A DNA stretch of 63,544 nt, filler included, from Caldilineae bacterium (lineage in GTDB: Bacteria; Chloroflexota; Anaerolineae; DTLA01): NCBI GenBank assembly GCA_037446815.1. It is 3 parts of 3 records of this genome, joined end to end, with 100 filler letters (N's around TTAATTAATTAA, not from the genome) between each part and the next. Parts side by side here need not be neighbours in the genome. Positions count along the whole stretch, not along the records: positions 1 to 24,794 come from JBBIHX010000031.1; 2 more parts are not named here. One strand, given 5' to 3'. This document shows, one piece after another, positions 1-9,101 of this stretch (the stretch's first letter is position 1; each line of letters opens with the position of its first letter). Under the pieces are notes generated by a model, which saw nothing but the letters and a program-made list of their open reading frames with translations, was not told where the DNA came from and did not search any database. Position numbers and translations under genes: made by a program.

Positions 1-39
1 ACCAGTAAGGTGGCGAAGTATTGGAGGACAAACGCATGA
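1..39 (+). CDS. 3' end of a probable DUF4258-family protein (partial, cut by window edge)
   Basis: Frame 1 reads TSKVAKYWRTNA*, resembling the TSKxxKYW C-terminus of DUF4258 proteins. Its TGA overlaps the next ATG (ATGA). Confidence 0.5.
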   Translation, partial: TSKVAKYWRTNA

Positions 40-242
40 AAGTGATTTATGATCGTGAGACGGATACACTCACCATTATCCTTGCCGAAACGCCCGTAGC
101 GGAAAGCGACGAAGATAAGCCAGGGGTGATTCTGGACTACGATGCTTCCGGCAATCTGGTCTCGTTAGAAATCTTGGATGCCTCACGTCGGGTAACTTTA
201 CCGAGCCGGATGGAGTATCAAGTCGCGCCCATGCCGGCGTAA
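36..242 (+). CDS. DUF2283-family small protein (putative antitoxin)
   Basis: MKVIYDRETDTLTI...GVILDYDASGNLVSLEILDAS matches the typical DUF2283 pattern. GGAGG lies upstream of ATG 36. Confidence 0.8.
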   Translation: MKVIYDRETDTLTIILAETPVAESDEDKPGVILDYDASGNLVSLEILDASRRVTLPSRMEYQVAPMPA

Positions 243-308
243 TGTGCAAGTCAGCGGCATTCAGTAATGTGGGCAGAGCACTCGCGGCGGCCGAACAAGC
301 CGCGCCGT

Positions 309-1610
309 TCAGCCGACCGCGTCGCCGCTCGGGCGCCCTCCCTGGCCTTCCTCCGCATCGGAGAACAGTTCCGGATACAGTTCCCTGGCGCATTCGGGGC
401 AGATTCCGTGGCTGAAATCGGCCTCGGAATGCTCCCGAATGTACGTCTCCACGCTGTGCCAGTAGCCCTGGTCATCCCGAATGCGCTTGCATCGCGCGCA
501 GATGGGGAGTAACCCCCGCAGCGTCTTGACCTGCGCCAGGGCATCTTGTAGCCCGGCAATCAACTCCTCGCGTTCCTGTTCCAGTTGCTTGTAGCGGCTG
601 ATGTCGCGCAGCACCAGAAGTCGCCCCGTCAGCCGCCCCCGCCAGTCCCGCAGCGGCGACATACTGGCATCAAACACTCGGCGCCTGCCCTCCACATCCA
701 CCCACAACTCCGCGCGTTGCTCCTCCTCCGACGCCAACAGGGCGCCGGGGTCTTCGGCGTTGAGCACCTCGCCCGCCGCCTTGCCCACCGCATCGCTCAG
801 CGCATGACCGAAGACGCGCTGCGCCGCCGCGTTCAAGTCCACCACGCGATTCTGCGCGTCCAGCACGATGACCGCATCGGCCATGAAGTCGGGCAAACGC
901 TCGTGCGCAACGGGTACCAGTTTGAACGCCTTGTGTTGGAGCGCGCCCCAGCCGAGCACGACACTCAGGAGGCCGAACGAAATCGGCGTCCACTCCATGC
1001 CTCGCACCGGATTCAGGCCGGTCAGGTAGGCGAAGTTCGCGATGACGGGAAACGCCGCCGCCAAAGCGAAGAGCGCCAGTTGGGGGCCGAAGTACTCGCG
1101 CAGGCGCACCATCCTTGTGAACAGAATGATCAGCGCCACAGCAACCACGCTGTAGATAAACGCCATAGCGACCCAGAACCACGGCCCGTGGCCGTACACG
1201 CCGATGTTGGTGGCCGGGTCAATGGACAGGGAGGGCCAGTTCAAGGGGCGCAGCCTGTCCACAAACACCACAATCCAGGTCAACACCGGTACAATGCACA
1301 GGGGGAGAATCTGCCGCCAACCCAGGTGATTGCGCGGCTGCGCATATTCAACCGCAAACAAGAGGAGCAGCACCGGCACGATCATCGTTGGCAGGTAGCA
1401 CACCTGGGACCAGAAGAACTTGAGCGGCACCGTAGCGGCGGCCATTTCCAAGCCTGCGGCCGCGATCCAAACCGCCGCCGCGACCTCCATCCACGCAAGG
1501 TAAACCAACCCGGGCACGTTGCGACGGCTCCACAGGAACGGTATCGCCGCCAGAGTGATGACCAGGGCCGGAATGTGCAGGAGAGCGTACACCGTAACAC
1601 GGTACTCCAT
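309..1610 (-). CDS. 7TM (HisKA_7TM-like) + PAS sensor protein with C-terminal Cys/His-rich domain; no kinase catalytic domain
   Basis: About seven hydrophobic segments, then PAS (DAVIVLDAQNRVVDLNAAA...LRDIS), a coiled coil, and LLPICARCKRIRDDQGYW...FSHGICPEC. Confidence 0.75.
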   Translation of the reverse strand: MEYRVTVYALLHIPALVITLAAIPFLWSRRNVPGLVYLAWMEVAAAVWIAAAGLEMAAATVPLKFFWSQVCYLPTMIVPVLLLLFAVEYAQPRNHLGWRQILPLCIVPVLTWIVVFVDRLRPLNWPSLSIDPATNIGVYGHGPWFWVAMAFIYSVVAVALIILFTRMVRLREYFGPQLALFALAAAFPVIANFAYLTGLNPVRGMEWTPISFGLLSVVLGWGALQHKAFKLVPVAHERLPDFMADAVIVLDAQNRVVDLNAAAQRVFGHALSDAVGKAAGEVLNAEDPGALLASEEEQRAELWVDVEGRRRVFDASMSPLRDWRGRLTGRLLVLRDISRYKQLEQEREELIAGLQDALAQVKTLRGLLPICARCKRIRDDQGYWHSVETYIREHSEADFSHGICPECARELYPELFSDAEEGQGGRPSGDAVG

Positions 1611-1632
1611 ATCCGCCGCACCTCTTCTTGGG

Positions 1633-2493
1633 CTAGTCGCCGCTCCACGTTACGCGCGGGGGCCTTCGGGGCACCAGGCGTCGGTAGCGGTGGATGGGGT
1701 ACCCGACCACCAACGCTGTCGTCATGCGATGCCCTTTGGGGATGCCTGCCAGCCGTCTCACCACCGGGTCATAGCGGCTTGCTGTGGTCAGAAATCCGAT
1801 CATGCACGAGCCCAGGCCCATCGCGTGGGCCGCCAGCGCAATGTGATACGTCGCGTAGGCGCTGTTCTCTATCCCAAAGGCGCTCTTCTTGTGCGCGTGC
1901 GTGATGAGGAGCGCAGGCGCGTCGTAGAAGATGGGGTCGCCGCCCGCCCTAATCGTCTCCTCAAAGCCCTCCAGCGATGCCAGGTAACTCTCCAGTCGGC
2001 TGCGGCCCCACGACCTGCTCGCCAGCGCCAGAACGCCGGGAATCTGCGCCAGTCGCCGCAGAAGCGGTACCCAGCCCGTGATGCGGCGCGACAGGGCCCG
2101 CATCCTCTCGCGGTCCGTGATGACCACAAACCGCACGTCTTGGGCGTTGCTCGCCGTTGGCGCGTAGCGCGCAATGTCCAGCAGCCGCTCCAGCACCTCG
2201 CGCGGCACCTCCTTCTGGCGGAACTCGCGCACCGAGCGCCGGCTACGCAGGAAGGCCGCGAGCGCCTCCAACGTTACCGCCGCTTGCGCGGGCATGGGCG
2301 GGAACTCCTGCCCGTCAAACCCGGCGTGCTCCACGGCATCCACCGGGCACACCGCAACGCAGTGTCCGCACAGGATGCACCCGCCCGGCCGCAAGGCCCG
2401 CACGCCCCCCGTGTCCACAAACACCCGCGCAGGACACACATCCACGCAGGCCCTGCACCCAATGCAATGCGATGCAATCGCTATCGTGTACAT
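1633..2493 (-). CDS. 4Fe-4S ferredoxin-nitroreductase fusion
   Basis: Two CxxCxxCxxxCP motifs, then nitroreductase RRSVR and APTASNAQ. GGAGG RBS precedes ATG at 2493. Confidence 0.9.
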   Translation of the reverse strand: MYTIAIASHCIGCRACVDVCPARVFVDTGGVRALRPGGCILCGHCVAVCPVDAVEHAGFDGQEFPPMPAQAAVTLEALAAFLRSRRSVREFRQKEVPREVLERLLDIARYAPTASNAQDVRFVVITDRERMRALSRRITGWVPLLRRLAQIPGVLALASRSWGRSRLESYLASLEGFEETIRAGGDPIFYDAPALLITHAHKKSAFGIENSAYATYHIALAAHAMGLGSCMIGFLTTASRYDPVVRRLAGIPKGHRMTTALVVGYPIHRYRRLVPRRPPRVTWSGD

Positions 2494-2514
2494 TCCACCT
2501 CCCGCTGCGCGTGC

Positions 2515-2544
2515 ATAGTACTCTCCAGAGCGCGCCGCTGTCAA
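2515..2544 (-). promoter_or_regulatory. sigma70-like promoter of the nitroreductase gene
   Basis: TTGACA-18 nt-TACTAT on the minus strand, just upstream of the RBS. Confidence 0.55.
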
Positions 2545-2559
2545 ACGCAGCGCGCGGAG

Positions 2560-2709
2560 GATTCGGTTTCATCTTGTGTTGGTGAAACGCAAGGGCACTC
2601 TCCTCGTGTGTCATTGCGAGCGAAGCGAAGCAACCTCACGCCCCAGAGATTGCTTCGGGCGCTCCGCGCCCTCGCAATGACAAATACCAACAGACTTTGG
2701 AACCGAATC
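2560..2709 (+). mobile_element. 150-bp MITE copy 1
   Basis: TIRs GATTCGGTTTCA...TGGAACCGAATC, internal GTCATTGCGAG...CTCGCAATGAC palindrome, flanked by direct repeat CGCGGAG (2553-2559 / 2710-2716). Confidence 0.75.
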
Positions 2710-2746
2710 CGCGGAGGACTCGGTTCCGAGACCTGTTGCCGCCCGC

Positions 2747-2773
2747 GTAGGGCAAATTGGCAATTTGCCCTAC
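2747..2773. repeat. 27-bp GTAG-type REP palindrome (family B)
   Basis: GTAGGGCAAATTGGCAATTTGCCCTAC. Variants at 17145, 17369, 50453, 50599 and 63421. Confidence 0.8.
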
Positions 2774-2973
2774 GCCACGCGAGAGGGAGCCGACCTTTCG
2801 CCTCCATTCGCGTTCATTCGCGGTTGCAAGGCCGTTCACACGACCTTCCGATGCTTTTCACGCAAATTTTACGGTAGCCCCATGGCTCCTGTGGCACAAT
2901 CAACCATGGGAATGCCCACGCGATCGCGGTCGCGGAGGCCCCGACAGATTCCTGCAGAGGGAACCATCGTCCG

Positions 2974-3999
2974 ATGACGGTTGAAGAATTCATGGACAGC
3001 CAGGTCAACCCGGAACCGATCCTCGTGGTGGAGGACGAGGATTCGGTGCGGAGCCTCCTGCTCCGAAGACTCACCCGCGCCGGCTTCACCGTAGTGGGAG
3101 CCGCCAACGGCATAGATGCCCTGGCCCTGCTCCGCGAACAGTGCTTCGGGGTCGTCCTCTCGGACATCAACATGCCCAAACTGAACGGGCTGGAACTCCT
3201 GCAAATCATCCGCGAGACCTACCCCGATGTCGTCGTCATCATGGTAACGGCCTACGGCGACCTTGATCATGCCATCTCGGCCATGCGGTTGGGCGCGTCG
3301 GACTATGTCGTGAAGCCGTTTGACCTGGATCAGATGATGCGCGCGGTGCAGCAGGCCCTGCGCCTGCGCCAGCGCAACCTGGCCCGCCGCTACATGGAGT
3401 TACACGCTCGCGCCCACCAGCCCCCAGAGACCGGCCAGCGGCTTCTCCTCAGCACCGTCATGGCCCTGGCCAACAGCCTGGAAGCCAAAGACCCGTACAC
3501 CGTGGGGCACTCGCAGCGGGTAGCCACCCTGGCCCAGCGACTGGCAGGCGCCCTGGGCCTCCCGGAAAACGAGCAGGAATACATCCGCATGGCGGGCCTG
3601 CTCCACGACATCGGCAAAATCGGCATTCGCGAGGCGGTCATCAACAAGCCCGGCCCGCTGACGCCCGCAGAGTATGCCCATATCCAGACCCACCCGCTCA
3701 TCAGCGAGCGGATTCTTGTACCGGTAGCAGAACTCAACGGCGCGCTCCGCATGATACGGAACCATCATGAGCATTGGGATGGCAGCGGATATCCCGACGG
3801 ACTCAAGGGCCTGGAAATCCCTGTGGGCGCGCGCATCTTGACCATTGCCGACGCCTACGATGCGATGACATCGCAACGCCCGTACCGGCCCCCTCTGCCT
3901 CACGAGGTAGCCCTTCGCGAGATAGAAAAAGGCGCCGGTCGGCACTTTGACCCGACACTGAGTCGGCTCTTCCTGGAGTTGATGGCGCAGCAACACTGA
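2974..3999 (+). CDS. Response regulator with HD-GYP c-di-GMP phosphodiesterase domain (RpfG-like)
   Basis: REC motifs VEDE, SDINMP, TAY and KPF. HD-GYP motifs HDIGK, HHEHWDGSGYP and ADAYDAMTS. Confidence 0.92.
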   Translation: MTVEEFMDSQVNPEPILVVEDEDSVRSLLLRRLTRAGFTVVGAANGIDALALLREQCFGVVLSDINMPKLNGLELLQIIRETYPDVVVIMVTAYGDLDHAISAMRLGASDYVVKPFDLDQMMRAVQQALRLRQRNLARRYMELHARAHQPPETGQRLLLSTVMALANSLEAKDPYTVGHSQRVATLAQRLAGALGLPENEQEYIRMAGLLHDIGKIGIREAVINKPGPLTPAEYAHIQTHPLISERILVPVAELNGALRMIRNHHEHWDGSGYPDGLKGLEIPVGARILTIADAYDAMTSQRPYRPPLPHEVALREIEKGAGRHFDPTLSRLFLELMAQQH

Positions 4000-4043
4000 A
4001 AGCAAATGCCGCGGGCGCTCATCCGCCCGCACAGGTGCAGACC

Positions 4044-4685
4044 ATGACGAACATCCCTGATGCAGCAACAGAAGGCGGCACAACACCGGACGAAACGCTC
4101 CGTGTGGAGATTCACACGGGCGACTACGTGGCGCTGGGGACGGTGGTTACCCGGCATCAGAGGCTCATGGATGTGCTGGAGAACCTGGCTTCCCCCTATC
4201 TGCGCCTGGAAAGCGCGCAGGTTCAGTTCCTTGGCCGGGGTAGCGCGCCCCAGGCCACGGACATTCTCCTCGTCAGCAGCGACCACGTTCGCATTGCCAT
4301 ACCCTACGAGGAGGAACGCGCCCCCGAAGCGGGAAGGCTACACCCGCGTTACGTCCCCAAATACCCTGTGGCCGCGTCGTTGTACATGGCAGACATGGAG
4401 ATAGAGGGCAACATTCACATCCGCGAGGGTGAAGACGCGTTCCTGGCGGCGCAGAACCTCTCGGAGCCGTTCATTGCCGTTACGGAAGCCCTCGTGCGAT
4501 ACCTGGACCCAAGGCGCTCGCTCCCATTCCGGTGTCCGGTGGTGATCGTGAACCGCAGATTTGTGAACCTAATCGCCTTGAGGCCACGGCCCAGAGACCA
4601 GGCCCGTTCTCGGCTGGAACGGCTCTTGGCCCAGTCCAGTTCCCTGGCCGCGCGTATGCACCGCGCACCCAGTTTATCGGCATGA
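4044..4685 (+). CDS. Hypothetical protein with two internal ~70-aa beta-rich repeats (DUF6812-like)
   Basis: Two similar halves (VEIHT...RLMDVLE...YLRLESA...LLVSSDHV / ASLYM...IEGNIH...FIAVTEA...IVNRRFV). Stop overlaps the next start (ATGA). Confidence 0.6.
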   Translation: MTNIPDAATEGGTTPDETLRVEIHTGDYVALGTVVTRHQRLMDVLENLASPYLRLESAQVQFLGRGSAPQATDILLVSSDHVRIAIPYEEERAPEAGRLHPRYVPKYPVAASLYMADMEIEGNIHIREGEDAFLAAQNLSEPFIAVTEALVRYLDPRRSLPFRCPVVIVNRRFVNLIALRPRPRDQARSRLERLLAQSSSLAARMHRAPSLSA

Positions 4686-5605
4686 TGGAGAACCGTCCCA
4701 TGGATGAACTGACCCTGCACACGGCAGAAGGACGCGATGCCATCCAGAACCTAGACGAACGCGAACTGTGCCTGATTCCGCTGCTGGGCACGGGCATTAG
4801 CGGGATGCGCGTGCTCACGCAGCGCGAAACCGTCATCGGGCGCCAGCCCGGCGTTGACCTTCTCGTGCGCGATCCGAGGGTCTCACGACAGCACTGCAAG
4901 ATCGTGCTCACCAACGCCGGCCCGAAGATCGTGGACCTGGACAGCCGTAACGGGACCTTCGTCAACGACGTTCAGGTGAAAGAAACGTACCTGAACGACA
5001 GCGACCTGATTCGCGTGGGCGACACGGTTTTCCGCATCCGGTACGTGGACCGCGTGGAGGTGGAGCGCCAGGAGGAACTCTACCGCAAAGCAACCCGCGA
5101 CAGTTTGACAGGATTACACAATCGGCAGTATCTTCTGGAGCGTTTGCACGAGGAACTGGCGCGGGCGCGACGACATCATTTCCCGGTATCGTTCCTGATG
5201 ATAGACATTGACCACTTCAAACTCATCAACGATCGGCTTGGCCACGCCGCGGGAGACCGAGCGCTGGCCGTGGTAGCCGGTATCCTGCGCGACAACGTGC
5301 GCAGCGAGGACACCGTCGCGCGCTACGGCGGGGAGGAATTTGCGGTCCTTGCGCCGTTCTCCGACGTCAGCGGCGCCCGCGTCCTCGCCGAGCGACTGCG
5401 CGCGCTCGTGGAGCGAAACGAATGGTCCAAAGGCGAAGGCCGAATGCCCATCACCGTCAGCATCGGCGCGGCCACGTTCCCCAATGACGCAGACGCGGGC
5501 CTGGACCTCATCCACAAGTCCGACATCGCCCTGTATCGCGCCAAGCACGCCGGGCGCAATCGCGTTGTGAACTACTCCGCCAGCGGCGAGGACACAGAGA
5601 GGTAA
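4682..5605 (+). CDS. FHA-domain diguanylate cyclase
   Basis: FHA motifs IGR, VSRQH and SRNGT. GGDEF domain has DSLTGLHNR, DIDHFK, I-site RSED and an intact GGEEF. Confidence 0.9.
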   Translation: MMENRPMDELTLHTAEGRDAIQNLDERELCLIPLLGTGISGMRVLTQRETVIGRQPGVDLLVRDPRVSRQHCKIVLTNAGPKIVDLDSRNGTFVNDVQVKETYLNDSDLIRVGDTVFRIRYVDRVEVERQEELYRKATRDSLTGLHNRQYLLERLHEELARARRHHFPVSFLMIDIDHFKLINDRLGHAAGDRALAVVAGILRDNVRSEDTVARYGGEEFAVLAPFSDVSGARVLAERLRALVERNEWSKGEGRMPITVSIGAATFPNDADAGLDLIHKSDIALYRAKHAGRNRVVNYSASGEDTER

Positions 5606-5610
5606 CATCC

Positions 5611-8600
5611 GTGATCAGCGAAGGCTCTCGCCAGAACCGCATAGGCCCGTATCGGCTCATCCGCGTCATCGGGCGCGGCGGCATGGGCGCCGTCTACCTT
5701 GCCGAACATCAGCAGACCCACCGTGAGGTGGCGCTCAAGGTATTGCCACCGGAGTACGCGGCCATGCCCGACCGTGTGGCGCGATTCCTCCGCGAAGGAA
5801 TGGCGGGCGCCCGCCTGCGCCACAAGAACATCGTGGAGACCTACGAGGTCGGCGAGGACAACGGTGCCTACTTCATCGCGCTGGAGTACATCCAGGGCGA
5901 GAGTCTGCGCGAACGCATGGACAGGGGCGCGTTGGACCTGCGCACGTCGCTGGACATCGCCCTGCAGGTCAGCGAGGCCCTTGCCCACGCCCACGCCCAC
6001 CATATCGTCCACCGCGACCTGAAGCCCAGCAACATCATGCTCACCGCCGACGGCACGGCCAAGGTCATGGACTTTGGCCTGGCCAAGGTGGCCGACGCCT
6101 CGGCGGTAACGATGGCCGGCGTCCTCATGGGGACAGCGGCCTACATCTCGCCCGAGCAGGCCCGCGGCGACGCCACCGACGGCCGGAGCGACCTGTACTC
6201 GCTCGGCGTCATGCTCTATGAGATGATCAGCGGGCAACTCCCCTTCTCCGCCGAAAGCACGGCCTCGCTGATTTTCAAGCACATCAACGAGCAGCCCACA
6301 CCCGTCCGACGGCTTGCGCCCGAGGTTCTGCCCGCCGTGGACGGCCTCGTGTGGCGGCTTCTGCACAAGCAGCCCGAACAGCGATTCCAATCCGCCGTTG
6401 AACTGGCGTCGGCCATTCGCCTGTGCATGGAGGCGTTGGACAAGGGAACCGTCCTGCCGGCGACCCTGTTTGACCCCACGCTCCCGTCCGACGAAACCCT
6501 GGCGACGTCGCAAATCCCTCTTGTCGGCCGGGAGCGGGAAATGACACTCCTGCGCCAGGCGCTAGACCGGGCCCGCCAGTCCAAGGGGGGCCTGTCCCTC
6601 ATCAGCGGCGAGGCCGGGCTCGGCAAGACGCGGCTGGTCGTAGAAACCCAGCGGGAGGCGCAAAGCGCGGGCTTCCTGTGCCTGACCGGGCATTGCCTGT
6701 ACCAAGAAGACCCCAACCCCTACCTGCCTTTTGTGGAGATTCTGCAATCGTACCTGGACACGCGCGAGACCATGGTGGGCACGCCCGAGGCCGACGACAT
6801 CATCACCCACCTGATTACCCGCCTGTCCAACTTCCTGCCCTATGCGGCAAATGCCGGGACGCCCATCGCGCAGGACGCGCTCGGGTGGGCCGATGCCCAG
6901 ACCGCCCTGTTTGAAACCATCCGCCAGGTGCTCACCGCGCTGGCCCAGAAGCAGCCGCTGCTCCTGTTCGTGGACGACCTACAGTGGGCCAGCGTCGCGA
7001 CGCTGCGCCTGCTGCACTACCTGGCCCGCAACATTCAGGCCGCGCCCATCCTGCTCATCGGCACATACCGCGAGGAAGACGTGCAGGAGGAAGCCGGCGC
7101 CGAACCTCACCCGCTGCAAGAAGTCATGCGGCGCATGAGCCGTGAGCGCCTGTTTGAACGCATCACCCTCTCGCCGCTGAGCCGCGAGCAGACCGATGCG
7201 CTGGTGAAACATGTGCTGCCGGGCGCGCCGGAGGATGCCGATTTCCTGGCGCGCGTGTACGCCGAAACCGAAGGCAACCCCTTCTTCATCCTTGAGGCCC
7301 TGCGGATGTGGCAGGAAGAAGGGCAACTGGTGTACACCGAGGCCGGCTGGCGCCTCATCGGAAAGCCCGAGGAGATGCGCGTGCCCCAGCGCGTGCACGA
7401 CGTCATCGTTCGGCGGCTCCAGCGCCTGGACGAGACAAGCCGCGAGATACTGGACGTGGCCGCCGTTACCGGGCGCCGATTCACCGTGGAGACCATCAGC
7501 GCCGCGCTGGCGCTGCCAAAAGTGGAATTGCTGCGCCGCCTCGGGCGACTGGAGAAGAATCACCAACTCATCGCCTTTGAGAGCGGCACGTACACATTTA
7601 CCCACCACCTGATCCGAGATGTCCTGTACGACGAACTGGCCGAGCCGCTGCGCGTGGAGTATCATCTCATCATCGCCAAGCGGCTGGAAGAACTGTTCGC
7701 CGGGCGGCTGGAGGAAGTCGCCTACGACCTGGCGCACCACTTCTACCAGGGCGCGGACTACCGCACCGGACTCCGCTACGCGCAGATGGCCACGGAACGC
7801 GCCGAACGCCAGTGGGCGCTGGAAGAGGCGCTCCACTTCAACCATTTGGCTCTGGATTCTATCGCCCACCTGCCGAGCGACCCCCACTACACCCGACAGG
7901 AGTGCGAACTTCGCCAGCGGCGCGCCGCGCTGCTGCAGGTGGCGGGCGACCTCCAGGGAGCGCTTGCGGAATTGGAGCGGGCGCGTGCCCTTAGCGAGCA
8001 GCAGGCCGACGCCGCGCGCGAGGCCGAAGTGCTGACGGAAATCGCGCGCATCCACGCCCGAAGAAGCGACTGGGATGCCGCGCTGCAACTCGCGTCGCGC
8101 GCCATGGCCATCGCCGAGAAAGCCGGCCACAAGCCCATCATCGCCCAGGCCCTGTCGGTGCGCGCCATCGTCCTCTTCCAGACGGGCAACTGGGACGATG
8201 CGCTGGACAGCCTCCGTTGGGCAGAAGGGCTTGTGGAGGGCGATGAGCATGCCCTCCTGCGGGCGCGCATCCTGGGGAATATGGGCAACGTTCTGGATGC
8301 GCAGGGCAACAAGGAAGAGGCCATCCGCCACTATCGCCAGGCCATCCGCATCTTTGAGGCCGGAGGCCGTCTGCTGGACAGCGCGCGCGGCTCGCTGAAC
8401 CTCGGGTTCGTCTATGCGTCCATGGCGAAGCCCGACGAGGCTCGCGCCTGCTACCAAGACGCCCTCGCCATCTTCCGCAAGGTCGGCGACGTGTATCACA
8501 CAGCCCTCACCCACCAGCATCTCGCCGAACTGGAACTGGCCCAGGGCAACATCGCGGCGGCCGCCGACCTGTGCAAAACCGCGCGCGACACGTTCCTGCG

Positions 8601-8931
8601 CATCGGCGACGAGTTGGGCACCGCCGACACGAGCCGAATCCTGGGGCGCATCGCCGCGCGCAACCGCGACATCCCGCAGGCGCAGAAGCACTACGCCGAA
8701 GCCATCGCATCGTACGGCGAGTTGGACGACCGTCTCAACTGGGCCGAAACCTCGCGCGAACTCGGTCGGTTCCTCGCCGAATCCAACACCACGCCCGAGG
8801 CGCTTCAATACTTGCAGGCAGCAGCCGACGCCTACGAAGCCCTCGGCCTGACAAAGGAGGCAACAGAAACCAAACACGAAATCAGCGTGCTCAAACAGGG
8901 TGTGCCTATGGGCGGCGCGTCTGCCCGCTGA
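5611..8931 (+). CDS. Ser/Thr protein kinase - AAA+/STAND-like ATPase - TPR fusion
   Basis: Kinase motifs GRGGMG, VALK, HRDLKPSN, DFG and YISPE. Walker A GEAGLGKT, Walker B LFVDDLQWA, GNPFF, then a long C-terminal TPR array. Confidence 0.9.
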   Translation: MISEGSRQNRIGPYRLIRVIGRGGMGAVYLAEHQQTHREVALKVLPPEYAAMPDRVARFLREGMAGARLRHKNIVETYEVGEDNGAYFIALEYIQGESLRERMDRGALDLRTSLDIALQVSEALAHAHAHHIVHRDLKPSNIMLTADGTAKVMDFGLAKVADASAVTMAGVLMGTAAYISPEQARGDATDGRSDLYSLGVMLYEMISGQLPFSAESTASLIFKHINEQPTPVRRLAPEVLPAVDGLVWRLLHKQPEQRFQSAVELASAIRLCMEALDKGTVLPATLFDPTLPSDETLATSQIPLVGREREMTLLRQALDRARQSKGGLSLISGEAGLGKTRLVVETQREAQSAGFLCLTGHCLYQEDPNPYLPFVEILQSYLDTRETMVGTPEADDIITHLITRLSNFLPYAANAGTPIAQDALGWADAQTALFETIRQVLTALAQKQPLLLFVDDLQWASVATLRLLHYLARNIQAAPILLIGTYREEDVQEEAGAEPHPLQEVMRRMSRERLFERITLSPLSREQTDALVKHVLPGAPEDADFLARVYAETEGNPFFILEALRMWQEEGQLVYTEAGWRLIGKPEEMRVPQRVHDVIVRRLQRLDETSREILDVAAVTGRRFTVETISAALALPKVELLRRLGRLEKNHQLIAFESGTYTFTHHLIRDVLYDELAEPLRVEYHLIIAKRLEELFAGRLEEVAYDLAHHFYQGADYRTGLRYAQMATERAERQWALEEALHFNHLALDSIAHLPSDPHYTRQECELRQRRAALLQVAGDLQGALAELERARALSEQQADAAREAEVLTEIARIHARRSDWDAALQLASRAMAIAEKAGHKPIIAQALSVRAIVLFQTGNWDDALDSLRWAEGLVEGDEHALLRARILGNMGNVLDAQGNKEEAIRHYRQAIRIFEAGGRLLDSARGSLNLGFVYASMAKPDEARACYQDALAIFRKVGDVYHTALTHQHLAELELAQGNIAAAADLCKTARDTFLRIGDELGTADTSRILGRIAARNRDIPQAQKHYAEAIASYGELDDRLNWAETSRELGRFLAESNTTPEALQYLQAAADAYEALGLTKEATETKHEISVLKQGVPMGGASAR

Positions 8932-9007
8932 AACTCGCAGGCTGTGGCCAGTCCTAAAGCGTGGGGCGCGACCACCAAACGCAAGAAAGGCGACTTTCTC
9001 TGCCAAG

Positions 9008-9098
9008 GCACCGCCCGAAAAGGCAAACCATTCGTAAGGATGGGGCGCAAAGCTACGGATCCTACCTGTTGGGATAGCCGGGCTACCGAAGGAGGTGC
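9008..9098 (+). ncRNA. c-di-GMP-I (GEMM) riboswitch
   Basis: GGCAAACCATTC-GTAA-GGATGGGGCGCAAAGCTACGGATCCTA...GGGATAGCCGGGCTACCGAAGG matches the GEMM consensus (GGCAAA, GNRA-capped P2, GCAAAG, P3, ACCGA). It sits directly before the RBS. Confidence 0.88.
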
Positions 9099-9101
9099 AA
9101 A

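Noticed and set aside
6979..9006. Long antisense ORFs (also 585-1904, 12979-14838, 42017-43963, 60001-62346)
   Set aside because: They are shadow frames of well-supported genes in high-GC DNA, with no recognisable domains.
9018..9030. 3'3'-cGAMP (GEMM-Ib) specificity for the riboswitch
   Set aside because: The discriminator position is G (GGCAAA), not A.
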